The position numbers and the translations under genes are program-made. A stretch of 64,000 bases of DNA, from the NCBI GenBank assembly GCA_910587245.1, contig CAJULX010000010.1, positions 5,069-69,068 of the forward strand, written 5' to 3'. The notes under the pieces are model-generated. The model was not told the origin of the DNA. It ran no database searches and saw only the letters and a program-made list of their open reading frames with translations. Below, in pieces: positions 8,884-20,701 of this stretch. The number at the start of each line of letters is the position of its first letter. The first letter of the stretch is position 1. The stretch is from Candidatus Gastranaerophilales bacterium (GTDB taxonomy: Bacteria; Cyanobacteriota; Vampirovibrionia; Gastranaerophilales; Gastranaerophilaceae).

Positions 8884-11127
8884 ATGAAAAAATTACATTC
8901 GCTTATTAAAGAGCCCCAAAATGCAGTTTCAGCCAATTTCTTGGCAGGGCTTGCATTTTTGCTGGTTGCTTTAATTATTACCATAATTTTATCTTCAAGA
9001 TATTTTTATTATCAAAACATCGTAGAAAACGGTGTAAGCAATAAACTAATAAAGGCAAAAAAGAGGATAGAAGTTGTTGATACACAAAAAACCGAGGTTA
9101 TAAAAAGGGATATTGCAAGTAAAATCCGTCCTGTTGTTATGCCTGTTGATGAGGGGTATATAAGGGCAAATCTTAATTCTCTCAAAGAAAGCGTATTTAA
9201 AATTAAATTTTCCCCATCCGATGCCATTACAAAAGAAAAAGAGCTCTCTTTGCTTCTTGATATACCTGACGGACAAAAAGAAAAAGCCATTGTAAAATAT
9301 TTTATATCTGCTTCCGCACGCAATGTTGAAAATGTTTTTCTGAATGCAAACGTTGTAATTGATGCATACTTAAAAGCGGGAGTAACCGAAAGTGAAATTG
9401 AATATTATGCAAACGAAACAAGTGTTTTAAATATTCTTGGCAGCGTAACGGGTGCCATGCAGACAAAAGCAATCTCAGGTATTATCGAGCATGTGCTGCT
9501 TCCAAGTTTGATTGTTGATGAATATGCAACCGATATTGCAAGGAAAAATGCCAAAAGCATGGTTAAACCCATTATTGTCACATTCAAAAAAGGCGATGTA
9601 ATTATTAAGCCGGGTGAACCTTTGAGCCAGGTTAAAAAAGATGCGCTTAAAAAATCAGGATATAACCCTCTTGAATTAAATAAAGCAGGGGTTATAGGAA
9701 TATTTCTGTTGACTTGTATATGTATAGGGTGTTTTCTAATCTATGTTAAGAAATTTGAAAAACAGTATTTAACATATCAATATATGTCTATTATTGCTTC
9801 ATTTGCAATAATTCTTGTTTATCTTTGTATGATAATTTCATCGTCAAACGTTTCAAATTATATGATGCCGTTTACGGCGCTAACCATTATTGTTGCAGTA
9901 TTTACAACGCCTGTTATGGCACTTGTTACAACAATACTTTTGCTTGCCTTGATTTCTGCGGTGTTATTTCTCGATTCACAACTTTTCATGTGTTTTGCGG
10001 TTGTTACTGTCGCTGCAGTTTATTTTGTTTCAAATATCTGTTATTCAAAAAGATTTGATTTGATAAAATGCGGATTTCAGGCGGGTGCTGCACTTTTTGT
10101 CTGCATGGTTGTATCTGCCATGCTTGAAAATCAGGTTCAAATTGTTGAAATCGGCTCATATATGCTAATTGCACTGCTAACAAGTGTATTGACGGGTGTA
10201 ATAGCACTCGGGGTTATTCCTTTAATTGAAAAGATGTTTAAAATTGTAACCCCGTACGGGCTTATTGAACTTGCAGACCACAATCAGACTCTTTTATCAA
10301 ACCTTCAATATAAAGCTCCAGGTACATATCATCACTCTTTGATGGTTGCAAATCTCTGCGAGGCTGCAGCGGAAGCAATAGGTGCAAATCCTATTCTTGC
10401 AAGAGTAGGCGCGTTTTATCATGATATCGGTAAATTAAAACGTCCGTTGTTTTTTATTGAAAACCAGTCTTATTTTGGGATTGAAAATCCGCATACAAAG
10501 CTTAATCCAAGGTTATCAAAAATGGTAATAACCTCTCATGTTAAAGACGGTATTGAGCTTGCAAAAGAATACGGCTTGCCGCAGGCTGTTATTAATTTCA
10601 TACAACAGCACCACGGCGAAGCGCTTGCGGGACATTTCTATGCTCAGGCGGTTGCACTTGAAGGCAAAGAAAATGTAAGAGAAGAGCAGTTCAGATACCC
10701 GGGGCCCAAGCCTGCCATAAAAGAAACGGCAATTTTAATGCTGGCTGATGCGGTTGAAAGTGCTGTAAGGTCATTAAAAAATCCCGGTCAGGATGAAATT
10801 GAAAATATGATAAACAGGATTATTACCGAACGTTTAAATGACGGGCAGCTTTCCGACAGTCCTTTAACTTTAAAAGATATTAAAATTATTGCTATGACAT
10901 TTAACCGCATTTTAAGAGGCATGCAGCACGACAGGATTAAATATCAGCAGCTTAACGATTTAGATGAAGTCAAAAACAAGATTAAGCTTGCTCCGAGTGC
11001 TGAAGAAAAGCTTGAAAAACGTATTCAAAAGAAACAACAGCAAAAATCTTCCGAAGTTTCCGAAGTTTTACAGGAAAAAACGGCAGATAAGCCTTTTGGT
11101 GAAGAAAATAATGAAGAAGAAAATTAA
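8884..11127 (+). CDS. pgpH: 7TM-HD membrane phosphohydrolase (PgpH/YqfF type)
   Basis: ATG 8884 (MKKLHS) lies inside ORF 8848..11127. The protein has a multi-TM middle region and a C-terminal HD domain (HHSLMVANL...FYHDIGK). The order pgpH-ybeY-dgkA is a conserved operon. Confidence 0.8.
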   Translation: MKKLHSLIKEPQNAVSANFLAGLAFLLVALIITIILSSRYFYYQNIVENGVSNKLIKAKKRIEVVDTQKTEVIKRDIASKIRPVVMPVDEGYIRANLNSLKESVFKIKFSPSDAITKEKELSLLLDIPDGQKEKAIVKYFISASARNVENVFLNANVVIDAYLKAGVTESEIEYYANETSVLNILGSVTGAMQTKAISGIIEHVLLPSLIVDEYATDIARKNAKSMVKPIIVTFKKGDVIIKPGEPLSQVKKDALKKSGYNPLELNKAGVIGIFLLTCICIGCFLIYVKKFEKQYLTYQYMSIIASFAIILVYLCMIISSSNVSNYMMPFTALTIIVAVFTTPVMALVTTILLLALISAVLFLDSQLFMCFAVVTVAAVYFVSNICYSKRFDLIKCGFQAGAALFVCMVVSAMLENQVQIVEIGSYMLIALLTSVLTGVIALGVIPLIEKMFKIVTPYGLIELADHNQTLLSNLQYKAPGTYHHSLMVANLCEAAAEAIGANPILARVGAFYHDIGKLKRPLFFIENQSYFGIENPHTKLNPRLSKMVITSHVKDGIELAKEYGLPQAVINFIQQHHGEALAGHFYAQAVALEGKENVREEQFRYPGPKPAIKETAILMLADAVESAVRSLKNPGQDEIENMINRIITERLNDGQLSDSPLTLKDIKIIAMTFNRILRGMQHDRIKYQQLNDLDEVKNKIKLAPSAEEKLEKRIQKKQQQKSSEVSEVLQEKTADKPFGEENNEEEN

Positions 11128-11605
11128 ATATCTGTACAGTATTTCAAGCGAATATGAAGGTGAATACGATTTTGAATTAAATGAAATCGAGCCTCTTGTA
11201 TCAAAAATTATTGACAGTTTAATTGCTATTGATGAAATATCCTTGAATGCTTGTTTTGCGCAGTTTGATTTTAAAAGTTTGTCGCTTGATATTTTATTTA
11301 CCGATGACAATAAAATTCAGGAAATAAACAGAGATTACAGAAATAAAAATACACCTACGGATGTTATTACATTTGCACTTTTTGCGGATGATGATTTTAA
11401 AACGGTACCGGATGGTGATATTTATCTGGGTGAAATTTTAATTTCCGTTGATACCGCTAAGGCTCAAGCTAAGGAAGGGGTTCAGAAAGAAATTTTAACT
11501 TTAATTTGCCATGGAATTTTGCATTTATTCGGATTTGACCATCAGACGGATGAAGATTACAATTTTATTGTAAATATTCAAGACAGGGTGATAAACGGTT
11601 TATGA
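11111..11605 (+). CDS. ybeY: rRNA maturation endoribonuclease YbeY
   Basis: ATG 11111 overlaps the pgpH end by 17 nt. HGILHLFGFDH is the zinc-binding motif of YbeY. The upstream part of ORF 10964.. is judged spurious. Confidence 0.85.
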   Translation: MKKKIKYLYSISSEYEGEYDFELNEIEPLVSKIIDSLIAIDEISLNACFAQFDFKSLSLDILFTDDNKIQEINRDYRNKNTPTDVITFALFADDDFKTVPDGDIYLGEILISVDTAKAQAKEGVQKEILTLICHGILHLFGFDHQTDEDYNFIVNIQDRVINGL

Positions 11606-11988
11606 AAAAATTTCAATCCAAGAGTTTTATAAAGAGCGCAAGCCATGCATTTGACGGGTTATATCTTGCTTTCAGGTCGCAAAGAAATTTCAGAAAGCAT
11701 TTGTATATCGCCTGTGTTGTACTTTTTATTGCAATTCTTTTAAAGGTTTCAATTCTTGCGTTTTGTATTTTGCTTTTGTGTAATTCTCTTGTACTTGTGA
11801 TGGAATTAATAAATTCCGTATTTGAATTTGCACTGGATGCTTATTATAAAAATAAATATTCGCGCCTTGTGAAATTTGCAAAAGATATGGGTGCGGCTTC
11901 CGTTTTATTGATGGCTGTTACAAGCATGACTATTGCATTTTTTGTTCTCGGGGATAGGATTTATCAATATTATTTAGGAATGGGATAA
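11602..11988 (+). CDS. dgkA: diacylglycerol/undecaprenol kinase
   Basis: 128 aa with three TM segments. SASHAFDG, ELINSVFE and AKDMGAA are DgkA-family motifs. It overlaps ybeY by 4 nt. Confidence 0.8.
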   Translation: MKKFQSKSFIKSASHAFDGLYLAFRSQRNFRKHLYIACVVLFIAILLKVSILAFCILLLCNSLVLVMELINSVFEFALDAYYKNKYSRLVKFAKDMGAASVLLMAVTSMTIAFFVLGDRIYQYYLGMG

Positions 11989-12103
11989 AAATCTATTTTT
12001 CTATCTTGCAATCGGTCTTTGTTTTTTATAAAATATAAGTACTCACTTTAAACCTCGCAGATAATGTCAATTTAGGTTTAACTTTAGAAAAGGAAAAAGA
12101 AAA

Positions 12104-12373
12104 ATGGCAAATATTAAATCTGCAAAAAAAAGAGTACTTGTTGCTCAAAGAAATAACGAAAGAAACACAGCTTTTAAAACATCAATCAAAACTGCCGTTA
12201 AAAAAGTATTAGCAGCAGTAAATTCTTCAGAAGATGAATTAAAAGCAGCCCTTTCAAATGTTTACAAACTTTGCGACAAGGCTGTATCTAAAGGTATTTT
12301 ACACAAAAACACGGCTGCAAGAAAAAAATCAAGATTAACAATTGCGGTTAACAAGCTTAAAGCTTCAAAATAA
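12104..12373 (+). CDS. rpsT: 30S ribosomal protein S20
   Basis: 89-aa basic protein starting MANIKSAKKRVLVAQRNNERN. Confidence 0.92.
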   Translation: MANIKSAKKRVLVAQRNNERNTAFKTSIKTAVKKVLAAVNSSEDELKAALSNVYKLCDKAVSKGILHKNTAARKKSRLTIAVNKLKASK

Positions 12374-12398
12374 GTGTAAAAACTTTAATAAATTATAA

Positions 12399-12428
12399 AA
12401 AACGGTGCGTCATTAACACCGTTTTTTA
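12399..12428 (+). terminator. intrinsic terminator after rpsT
   Basis: Hairpin AACGGTG-N9-CACCGTT followed by TTTTT. Confidence 0.7.
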
Positions 12429-12504
12429 GTATATATAAAAATAATTGAAAAATTCACTCTTTCCGCTATTGGGACGGTAGAGTTTCTTTTGTTATAATTT
12501 ATAT

Positions 12505-13170
12505 ATGGAAAAAATGTTTGATAAAATTTCGAAACGTTACGATTTTTGGAATGATATTATTTCTGTTTTTTTGCAAAAAAAGGTTAAAAATATTGCAATA
12601 AGTAATCTTAAGCTTTTTGATGGCGCCCGTGTTTTAGATTTAGGTGCAGGCACAGGAGATTTAGGCGGATTAATATTAAAAAAATATCCGAAGTGCAAAA
12701 TAACAGGTGTAGATTTGTCTTCAAAAATGCTTGAAATTGCAAAGAAAAAATATTTCAATATTGAATACTTGAAGCAAAATGCTGAAAAGTTGGCGTTTAA
12801 AAATGCCGAGTTTGATTTTGTGGTTTCAGGGTTTGTTTTAAGAAATATTCAGAATAAAAATGCTGTATTGTCTGAAGTGTATCGTGTCTTAAAAAGCGGA
12901 GGATATTTTTTGCAGCTGGATTTTGGGGATAAGAATTTTTTAAGCAAGGTTTTTTCCTGTTATGTGTTTTTATTGTCATTTTTTATGAAAAACGGATATG
13001 CATACAGGTATTTAATTAAATCAAAAAGTGAATTTTTAACTCCCGATCAGCTTTTGCCTTTATATTTGAAACAAGGCTTTACGACGACTGTGTCTAAAAA
13101 ACTTGCATTTGGAGTGATTTCTTATCAAATAGTGCAAAAACCCGAAAAAATTATTCCGGCAGATTTATAA
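12505..13170 (+). CDS. UbiE/MenG-type SAM-dependent methyltransferase
   Basis: 221 aa. It has the N-terminal MFDKISKRYDFWND and the SAM motif VLDLGAGTGD. Confidence 0.7.
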   Translation: MEKMFDKISKRYDFWNDIISVFLQKKVKNIAISNLKLFDGARVLDLGAGTGDLGGLILKKYPKCKITGVDLSSKMLEIAKKKYFNIEYLKQNAEKLAFKNAEFDFVVSGFVLRNIQNKNAVLSEVYRVLKSGGYFLQLDFGDKNFLSKVFSCYVFLLSFFMKNGYAYRYLIKSKSEFLTPDQLLPLYLKQGFTTTVSKKLAFGVISYQIVQKPEKIIPADL

Positions 13171-14125
13171 TAAAAGCAGCACCTTTATTTTTCTCGCTTT
13201 GAACTTCAATACTGCCATCCATTGCTTTTATAATTTTGTTTGATAAATAAAGCCCAAGACCTGTTGAAGCCTGTTTTAAATTTGAGTTTCCACTGTAAAA
13301 CTTATTAAATATTTTATCAATATCCTCTTTTTCAATTCCTATGCCGTAATCCTTTATCTTTATTGAAAATCCTGTATTTGTGCGCATAAGGAAAATATCT
13401 ATTTTATCAGCATTTGCGCTGTAGCTCAGGGCGTTTAATATTAAATTATTTATAACCCTTTTGGTTAAAAATACATCTATGTCAGCTTTAAAGTTATCAT
13501 CAAGTTCGGTTTTGAAATCAATTTTTTTATTGTGCAGTTCAAATATGCTTGATAGCTGTTCGATGGTTTCTTTGATAAATTTGTTTATCAAAACACGGGA
13601 TTCCTTTTTAACAATAATTCCCCTATGCTCTACCTTGTAGGTTTCAAGAAGCGCTTCCACCAGATATTTTAAATCCATATTTGATATTTTAAGTTTTACA
13701 ACGGCTTCTTTTTGAATATCTGAAAGTGTGCCGAATTTTTCCGTTAAAAGAAGGTCAAAAGTATTATCCTGTGCTATAATCGGAACTTTTAAATCATGCG
13801 TTAAGCTTGCGATAAAATCTTCTTTTAAGCTGGTTTCTTCTTTTTCTTTTTCCACATATTCGTTAATCATTACATCTCTATCTAAAATGCTTTCAAGCAG
13901 GTTGTTTAAATTTCTTGAAAGTTCATCGGTTATTTCGTTGTCATTATTTTCTATCCTTGAATAGAGATTTCCGTATCTTGCAGAACTTACTATATGTGTG
14001 ATTTTTTTAATATAAGAAATCAAGTTTTCATATTTGATTGAAAGTTTGAAGTATTTCAAAATAATAACACAGCATAGTAAGCTGATAATACCCACCAAAA
14101 CCGCGCTTAAAAGCAAAAATTTCAT
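13151..14125 (-). CDS. sensor histidine kinase
   Basis: 324 aa with an N-terminal TM segment, H-box FIASLTHDLKVP and ATPase boxes NALSYS and GLGLYLS. No response regulator is adjacent. Confidence 0.85.
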   Translation of the reverse strand: MKFLLLSAVLVGIISLLCCVIILKYFKLSIKYENLISYIKKITHIVSSARYGNLYSRIENNDNEITDELSRNLNNLLESILDRDVMINEYVEKEKEETSLKEDFIASLTHDLKVPIIAQDNTFDLLLTEKFGTLSDIQKEAVVKLKISNMDLKYLVEALLETYKVEHRGIIVKKESRVLINKFIKETIEQLSSIFELHNKKIDFKTELDDNFKADIDVFLTKRVINNLILNALSYSANADKIDIFLMRTNTGFSIKIKDYGIGIEKEDIDKIFNKFYSGNSNLKQASTGLGLYLSNKIIKAMDGSIEVQSEKNKGAAFIINLPE

Positions 14126-14511
14126 AGTCCGTGCTCTTCTTTAATAAATTCCAGCGAATCAACGCATTTTGCGCATGATGATTCATCTTTTTTTGCAAGA
14201 AAAAGCTTATAGGCATATTCTATATAGTTTTTAGCTTCTTTAATTTTATTAAGATAATAAATAGTTATTCCTAAATTATAATAAGCTTTTGCAAAATAAT
14301 GATCCAATTCTATGCATTTTTCATAATTATTTATAGAGTTGTCAAAATCACTTAAAGCATAGTAGCAAAGACCTTGATAATAATATCCCCTGGCGCAGTC
14401 GGGTGCATATTTAACGAGCTTTCTTGCATTTACGAGCGCTGCATCAAAATCCTGTAAGTCTATTTTTGATTGAATTATCTTGCAATATTCTTCTTCAATG
14501 TTGTATTCCAT
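14122..14511 (-). CDS. tetratricopeptide-repeat protein
   Basis: 129 aa with TPR-like YYQGLCYYAL and AYYNLGITIYYL. It overlaps the kinase gene by 4 nt. Confidence 0.65.
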   Translation of the reverse strand: MEYNIEEEYCKIIQSKIDLQDFDAALVNARKLVKYAPDCARGYYYQGLCYYALSDFDNSINNYEKCIELDHYFAKAYYNLGITIYYLNKIKEAKNYIEYAYKLFLAKKDESSCAKCVDSLEFIKEEHGL

Positions 14512-14642
14512 ATCTTAATTTTATCATAATAATTTGTTTGTTTGAAATATTAATTTTTTGTTTATTTTTTCAGATGTTATTAATTATGGTGATAAATTTA
14601 AGATATTAGAGAAAATAGACATGCTATTTATATAGGAGATAA

Positions 14643-16493
<1,851 letters not shown>

Positions 16494-16517
16494 TAACTTT
16501 TATTATATTTCTTAAAA

Positions 16518-16550
16518 ATCCGGGAAAGATTTATTTCTTCCCGGATTTTC
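16518..16550 (+). terminator. intrinsic terminator after dnaK
   Basis: Hairpin ATCCGGGAA-N11-TTCCCGGAT followed by TTT. Confidence 0.65.
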
Positions 16551-16675
16551 ATATATTTGAGTATTTTTACTCTATGCAAGCGTTGTGGCACATGATAAAA
16601 TATAAGTGCTGTTATATTTTGTTTAAAAAATTGATTTTCCTTATTGTTTTATGCAAAACGAAAGGAAACATTTCT

Positions 16676-17323
16676 ATGTCAAAAACATCAAAAACCAAAA
16701 CCTACAATCCGTCTTCAACAATTACAATTAACGGGCAGGTTAAATCAAGCGCTCAGAGTACAAAAAACGGAGCAACGGCTTCATATAACATGGATCCATA
16801 CGAACAGGCTGCTTATAATTTTGCCCAGCAGTCCTTTTATGAAAATATGCCGAATATTAATGTTTTTTCCGATGATACTGTTAAGAATTTAAACAATCAG
16901 GTGAATGCATATTTAAATCAAGGAATAAATACAATTCAAAATACTTATACGCCGATGATCAGGGAAATGCAAAATGATGTTGCAAGGCGCTTCGGTAATG
17001 TTAACAATTCAATATTTATGGATAATTTAAATGATATTGAATCTCAAAGAGCCGCTGCCGTAAGCAATCTGGCTCAAAATGTTGAAGCTAAAAGGAGCGA
17101 TATTGTAAATAATGAACTGTCAAACAGATATAATTATTTATCGTTCCTGAATAACTATCAAAATCAGGCTTATAATAATATGCTGTCTACTCTGGGTTTG
17201 AGTAATAATTTATTAAATACGAACAACTCTCATTTGAATTCTGCAGCAAACGCCTCAAATAATTCAAATTCTTTTTATAATAATGCGCAGCTTGCAATGC
17301 AGCTTGCTAAACTTTTTGTTTAA
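16676..17323 (+). CDS. Asn/Gln-rich hypothetical protein
   Basis: ATG 16676 follows an AAAGGAAA RBS inside ORF 16574..17323. The sequence is low-complexity and N/Q/S-rich, with no recognisable domain. Confidence 0.45.
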   Translation: MSKTSKTKTYNPSSTITINGQVKSSAQSTKNGATASYNMDPYEQAAYNFAQQSFYENMPNINVFSDDTVKNLNNQVNAYLNQGINTIQNTYTPMIREMQNDVARRFGNVNNSIFMDNLNDIESQRAAAVSNLAQNVEAKRSDIVNNELSNRYNYLSFLNNYQNQAYNNMLSTLGLSNNLLNTNNSHLNSAANASNNSNSFYNNAQLAMQLAKLFV

Positions 17324-17349
17324 TTCTTAGTGATTCAGTTCAAATAATA

Positions 17350-17385
17350 AACGGGCAAAGTTTTTTAAAATTCTGCCCGTTTTTA
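17350..17385 (+). terminator. intrinsic terminator
   Basis: Hairpin ACGGGCA-N16-TGCCCGT followed by TTTT. Confidence 0.65.
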
Positions 17386-17461
17386 GTTATTAATTTTTCT
17401 TAGTTTGAAATTTTATAGTATAATAAACTTGAATATCATGCTAAAAACGAGGAGATAAAAA

Positions 17462-18322
17462 TTGGGTTATAAAATTTTATACAAAAAAGAATTATGCGCT
17501 AATCAATTTGAAATCAGAATTAAAGCACCGTTTATTACAAAAAATGCAAAAGCGGGGCAGTTTATAATTTTAAGAACCGACAAAAATTCTGAAAGAATCC
17601 CTTTAACGATTGCTGACTATAACAGAGAAACGGAAGAATTGACAATTGTTTATATGGCAGTCGGCTATACAACTAAGAAGCTTGCAAGTTTAGAAGTCGG
17701 TGATGAAATTGAAGATATAGTAGGACCTTTAGGTCAGCCTACGCATATTGAAAAATACGGTACGGTTGTTTGTCTTGCAGGCGGATACGGTGCCGCTCCA
17801 TGTTATTTAATTGCAAAAGCATTTAAGGATGCGGGCAATAAAGTTTACATGATTATGGGTGCAAGAAATAAAGACCTTATTTTCTGGCAGGATAAAATGA
17901 AGGATGCTTGCACTGAACTATTTATCACAACAGATGACGGTTCTTTGGGACAAAAAGGTTTTGTAACAGGTGTTATGCAGGAAATTATGGATAAAGAAAC
18001 CGTAAATTATGCAATAGCAGTAGGACCCATGCCTATGATGAAGGCCGTTGCCGATTTAACACGCGGCAAAGGTATTAAAACAGAAGTTTCAATGAACCCT
18101 ATAATGGTTGACGGAACAGGTATGTGCGGTGCTTGCAGAGTAACGGTCGGCAATGAAGTAAAATTTGCCTGTGTAGACGGTCCTGATTTCGATGCTCATC
18201 TTGTTGATTTTGATGAAGTTATAAACAGAACAAAAATTTATAAAGATTACGAAAAAAGATGTGATGAAACTCATTGCAATCTTCAAAAACAGGCACGCGA
18301 ATTAGAAAAAACAATAAAATAA
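17462..18322 (+). CDS. PyrK/NfnA-like FAD/NAD(P)-binding oxidoreductase subunit with 2Fe-2S motif
   Basis: 286 aa, TTG start after a GAGGAG RBS. It has a ferredoxin-reductase fold and the C-terminal motif CGACRV...FACVDGP. Confidence 0.75.
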   Translation: MGYKILYKKELCANQFEIRIKAPFITKNAKAGQFIILRTDKNSERIPLTIADYNRETEELTIVYMAVGYTTKKLASLEVGDEIEDIVGPLGQPTHIEKYGTVVCLAGGYGAAPCYLIAKAFKDAGNKVYMIMGARNKDLIFWQDKMKDACTELFITTDDGSLGQKGFVTGVMQEIMDKETVNYAIAVGPMPMMKAVADLTRGKGIKTEVSMNPIMVDGTGMCGACRVTVGNEVKFACVDGPDFDAHLVDFDEVINRTKIYKDYEKRCDETHCNLQKQARELEKTIK

Positions 18323-18358
18323 GTACTAGGGTAGTTAAAATAGAAATTGAGGTAAATT

Positions 18359-18541
18359 ATGTCAAACAACGGTAGCATTCCTATTTGTCCGTTAATTTCA
18401 TCAGGTAAAGATATCAATGCAGTTTGTGCTCAGGAAAACTGTGCCTGGTACGTTCAAAATCTTAAAACCTGTGCTGTATACGTAATGGCACACAATGCAT
18501 TGCTGGATGTTAAAGCAAAACAAGGTGCAAAACAAGATTAA
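18359..18541 (+). CDS. small four-cysteine hypothetical protein
   Basis: 60-aa ORF after a GAGG RBS. The cysteines are in ICPL, VCAQENCAW and TCAV. No family was recognised. Confidence 0.35.
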   Translation: MSNNGSIPICPLISSGKDINAVCAQENCAWYVQNLKTCAVYVMAHNALLDVKAKQGAKQD

Positions 18542-18575
18542 TCACAATTTAATTCAAAGATAGGGGAATAAAAAT

Positions 18576-19841
18576 ATGTCAAGACCAATGACTATCACGG
18601 AAAAAATATTTGCAGCTCATGCCGGAAAAGATGAAGTAAAGGCGGGGGATTTAATAAGTGCCAAAGTTGATATTACGCTTGCGAATGATATCACGGGTCC
18701 TGTTGCAATTAACGAATTCAGAAAGATTGGTGTAGATAAAGTTTTTGACCCTGAAAGATGTGTTTTTGTTCCTGACCACTTTGTGCCCAATAAGGATATT
18801 AAATCTGCAGAGCAGGTTAATTTAATCAGAAAATTTGCACGTGAAATGAATTTGAAGTTCTTCTTTGAAGTAGGAAGAATGGGAATTGAACATGCGCTTT
18901 TGCCTGATTCAGGTATCGTTACCGCAGGAGATTTGATTATAGGAGCTGATTCGCACACCTGTACATACGGCGCTCTGGGTGCTTTTTCAACCGGTGTAGG
19001 TTCAACGGATTTGGCCTGTGCAATGGCTTCAGGAGAAACCTGGTTTAAAGTACCGAGTGCAATAAAGGTTGAATTTAACGGCAAATTAAATAAATGGGTA
19101 AGCGCCAAAGATTTGGTATTGCATTTAATAGGCGATATCGGTGTTGACGGTGCTTTATACAAAACTCTTGAAATAACGGGAAGTGCGATTTCCGAAATGC
19201 CTATGGACGGCAGATTTACCATATGCAATATGGCAATTGAAGCAGGGGCTAAAAACGGTATAATTCCGCCTGATAAAATTACGGAAGAATATTTAAAAGG
19301 CCGTTCAATAAGGCCGTATAAATTCTATACGTCTGACCCTGATGCTGAATACGAAAGAATTATTAAATATGATGTGGCTGATATTGAACCGACTGTTGCT
19401 TTTCCGCATTTGCCGGAAAATACAAAACCCATAAGTAAAGTGGGTAATGTTGAAATTAATCAGGTGGTAATCGGAAGCTGTACAAACGGAAGACTTTCCG
19501 ATTTGAAAATCGCAGCAGATATCTTAAGAGGTAAAAAGGTTCATAAAAATGTACGTTTAATTGTATTCCCCGGTACTCAGGATATTTATTTAAAAGCAAT
19601 TGAACTCGGGTATGTTCAGACGATAGTTGAAGCAGAAGGTGCTGTATCTACACCTACCTGCGGTCCGTGTCTCGGCGGTCATGCGGGTATTCTTGCCAAG
19701 GGTGAGCGTGCAGTTTCTACTACAAACAGAAACTTTGTAGGGCGTATGGGACATCCCGAATCTGAAGTATATCTTGCTTCTCCTGCCGTTGCAGCTGCAA
19801 GCGCTATTCTGGGAAGAATTGCAAGCCCTGAGGAATTATAA
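18576..19841 (+). CDS. aconitase-family dehydratase large subunit (LeuC/HacA type), copy 1
   Basis: 421 aa. GADSHTC, GSCTNGR and CGPCLG supply the Fe-S ligands. Confidence 0.85.
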   Translation: MSRPMTITEKIFAAHAGKDEVKAGDLISAKVDITLANDITGPVAINEFRKIGVDKVFDPERCVFVPDHFVPNKDIKSAEQVNLIRKFAREMNLKFFFEVGRMGIEHALLPDSGIVTAGDLIIGADSHTCTYGALGAFSTGVGSTDLACAMASGETWFKVPSAIKVEFNGKLNKWVSAKDLVLHLIGDIGVDGALYKTLEITGSAISEMPMDGRFTICNMAIEAGAKNGIIPPDKITEEYLKGRSIRPYKFYTSDPDAEYERIIKYDVADIEPTVAFPHLPENTKPISKVGNVEINQVVIGSCTNGRLSDLKIAADILRGKKVHKNVRLIVFPGTQDIYLKAIELGYVQTIVEAEGAVSTPTCGPCLGGHAGILAKGERAVSTTNRNFVGRMGHPESEVYLASPAVAAASAILGRIASPEEL

Positions 19842-19846
19842 TTGAA

Positions 19847-20701
19847 ATGAAAAAAAATATTCTGGCAATTCAAATGAGCTCTGTTATTGGAGACTTTAAA
19901 GCCAATTGCGATAAGGTTTCTGCTTTAGTTTCAAATTTTTACAATAATACACTGCCTTCAAAATTGCCAGATATTATTTTTCTGCCTGAGGTTTGGACAC
20001 TTGGCTGGCATACTGATTGCTTCAGAGAAAAAGCTCCGGAAAATTCAGGTGCAGTGGAATTTTTATCAAATATTGCAAAAAAATATGATGTAAATATTGT
20101 CGGTGGTTCTTATATAAGAAAAGAAAACGGTATTTATAAAAATTCCTGTCCCGTAATTAACCGCAAAGGCGAACTGTGTGCCATATATGATAAAATTCAT
20201 CTTTATTCGCCGGATGGCGAGGCGCGCGCCGTAGAATCAGGCAATACACCTTTAATTATTAATATTGAAGGGTTAAAAATCGGGCTTTCAATATGTTATG
20301 ATATAAGATTTCCAGAGCTGTTCAGAAGCTATATTGCAAGTGATAATAAGCCCGATATGCTTGTTAATCTTTCTGCATGGCCAAAGACAAGAAGAGAACA
20401 GTATGAAGCTATGGCAAAATCAAGAGCTGTTGAAAATCAATCGTATTTCCTTGCGCTTTCTCAAACAGGTTTAATAAAAGATGAAGTTTATAATTCAGGT
20501 TTTTCGATGCTTGCGGCGCCATTAGGGGAAACGCTCGCTGTTCTGGGTGAAGAAGAAGGCTTTATATTTGAAGCTATTGATACCGATATTTCCGATAATG
20601 TGTGCAAAACATATCCTAATCTTGAAAACAGAAAAGTGAATAATTTTGGATTTTACCCTGAATATATCGAAATTAAAGAATTAGGGGCGGTATCATGTTA
20701 A
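19847..20701 (+). CDS. carbon-nitrogen hydrolase (nitrilase superfamily)
   Basis: 284 aa. LPEVW (Glu) and ICYDIRFPE (Cys) provide the catalytic-triad context. Confidence 0.8.
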   Translation: MKKNILAIQMSSVIGDFKANCDKVSALVSNFYNNTLPSKLPDIIFLPEVWTLGWHTDCFREKAPENSGAVEFLSNIAKKYDVNIVGGSYIRKENGIYKNSCPVINRKGELCAIYDKIHLYSPDGEARAVESGNTPLIINIEGLKIGLSICYDIRFPELFRSYIASDNKPDMLVNLSAWPKTRREQYEAMAKSRAVENQSYFLALSQTGLIKDEVYNSGFSMLAAPLGETLAVLGEEEGFIFEAIDTDISDNVCKTYPNLENRKVNNFGFYPEYIEIKELGAVSC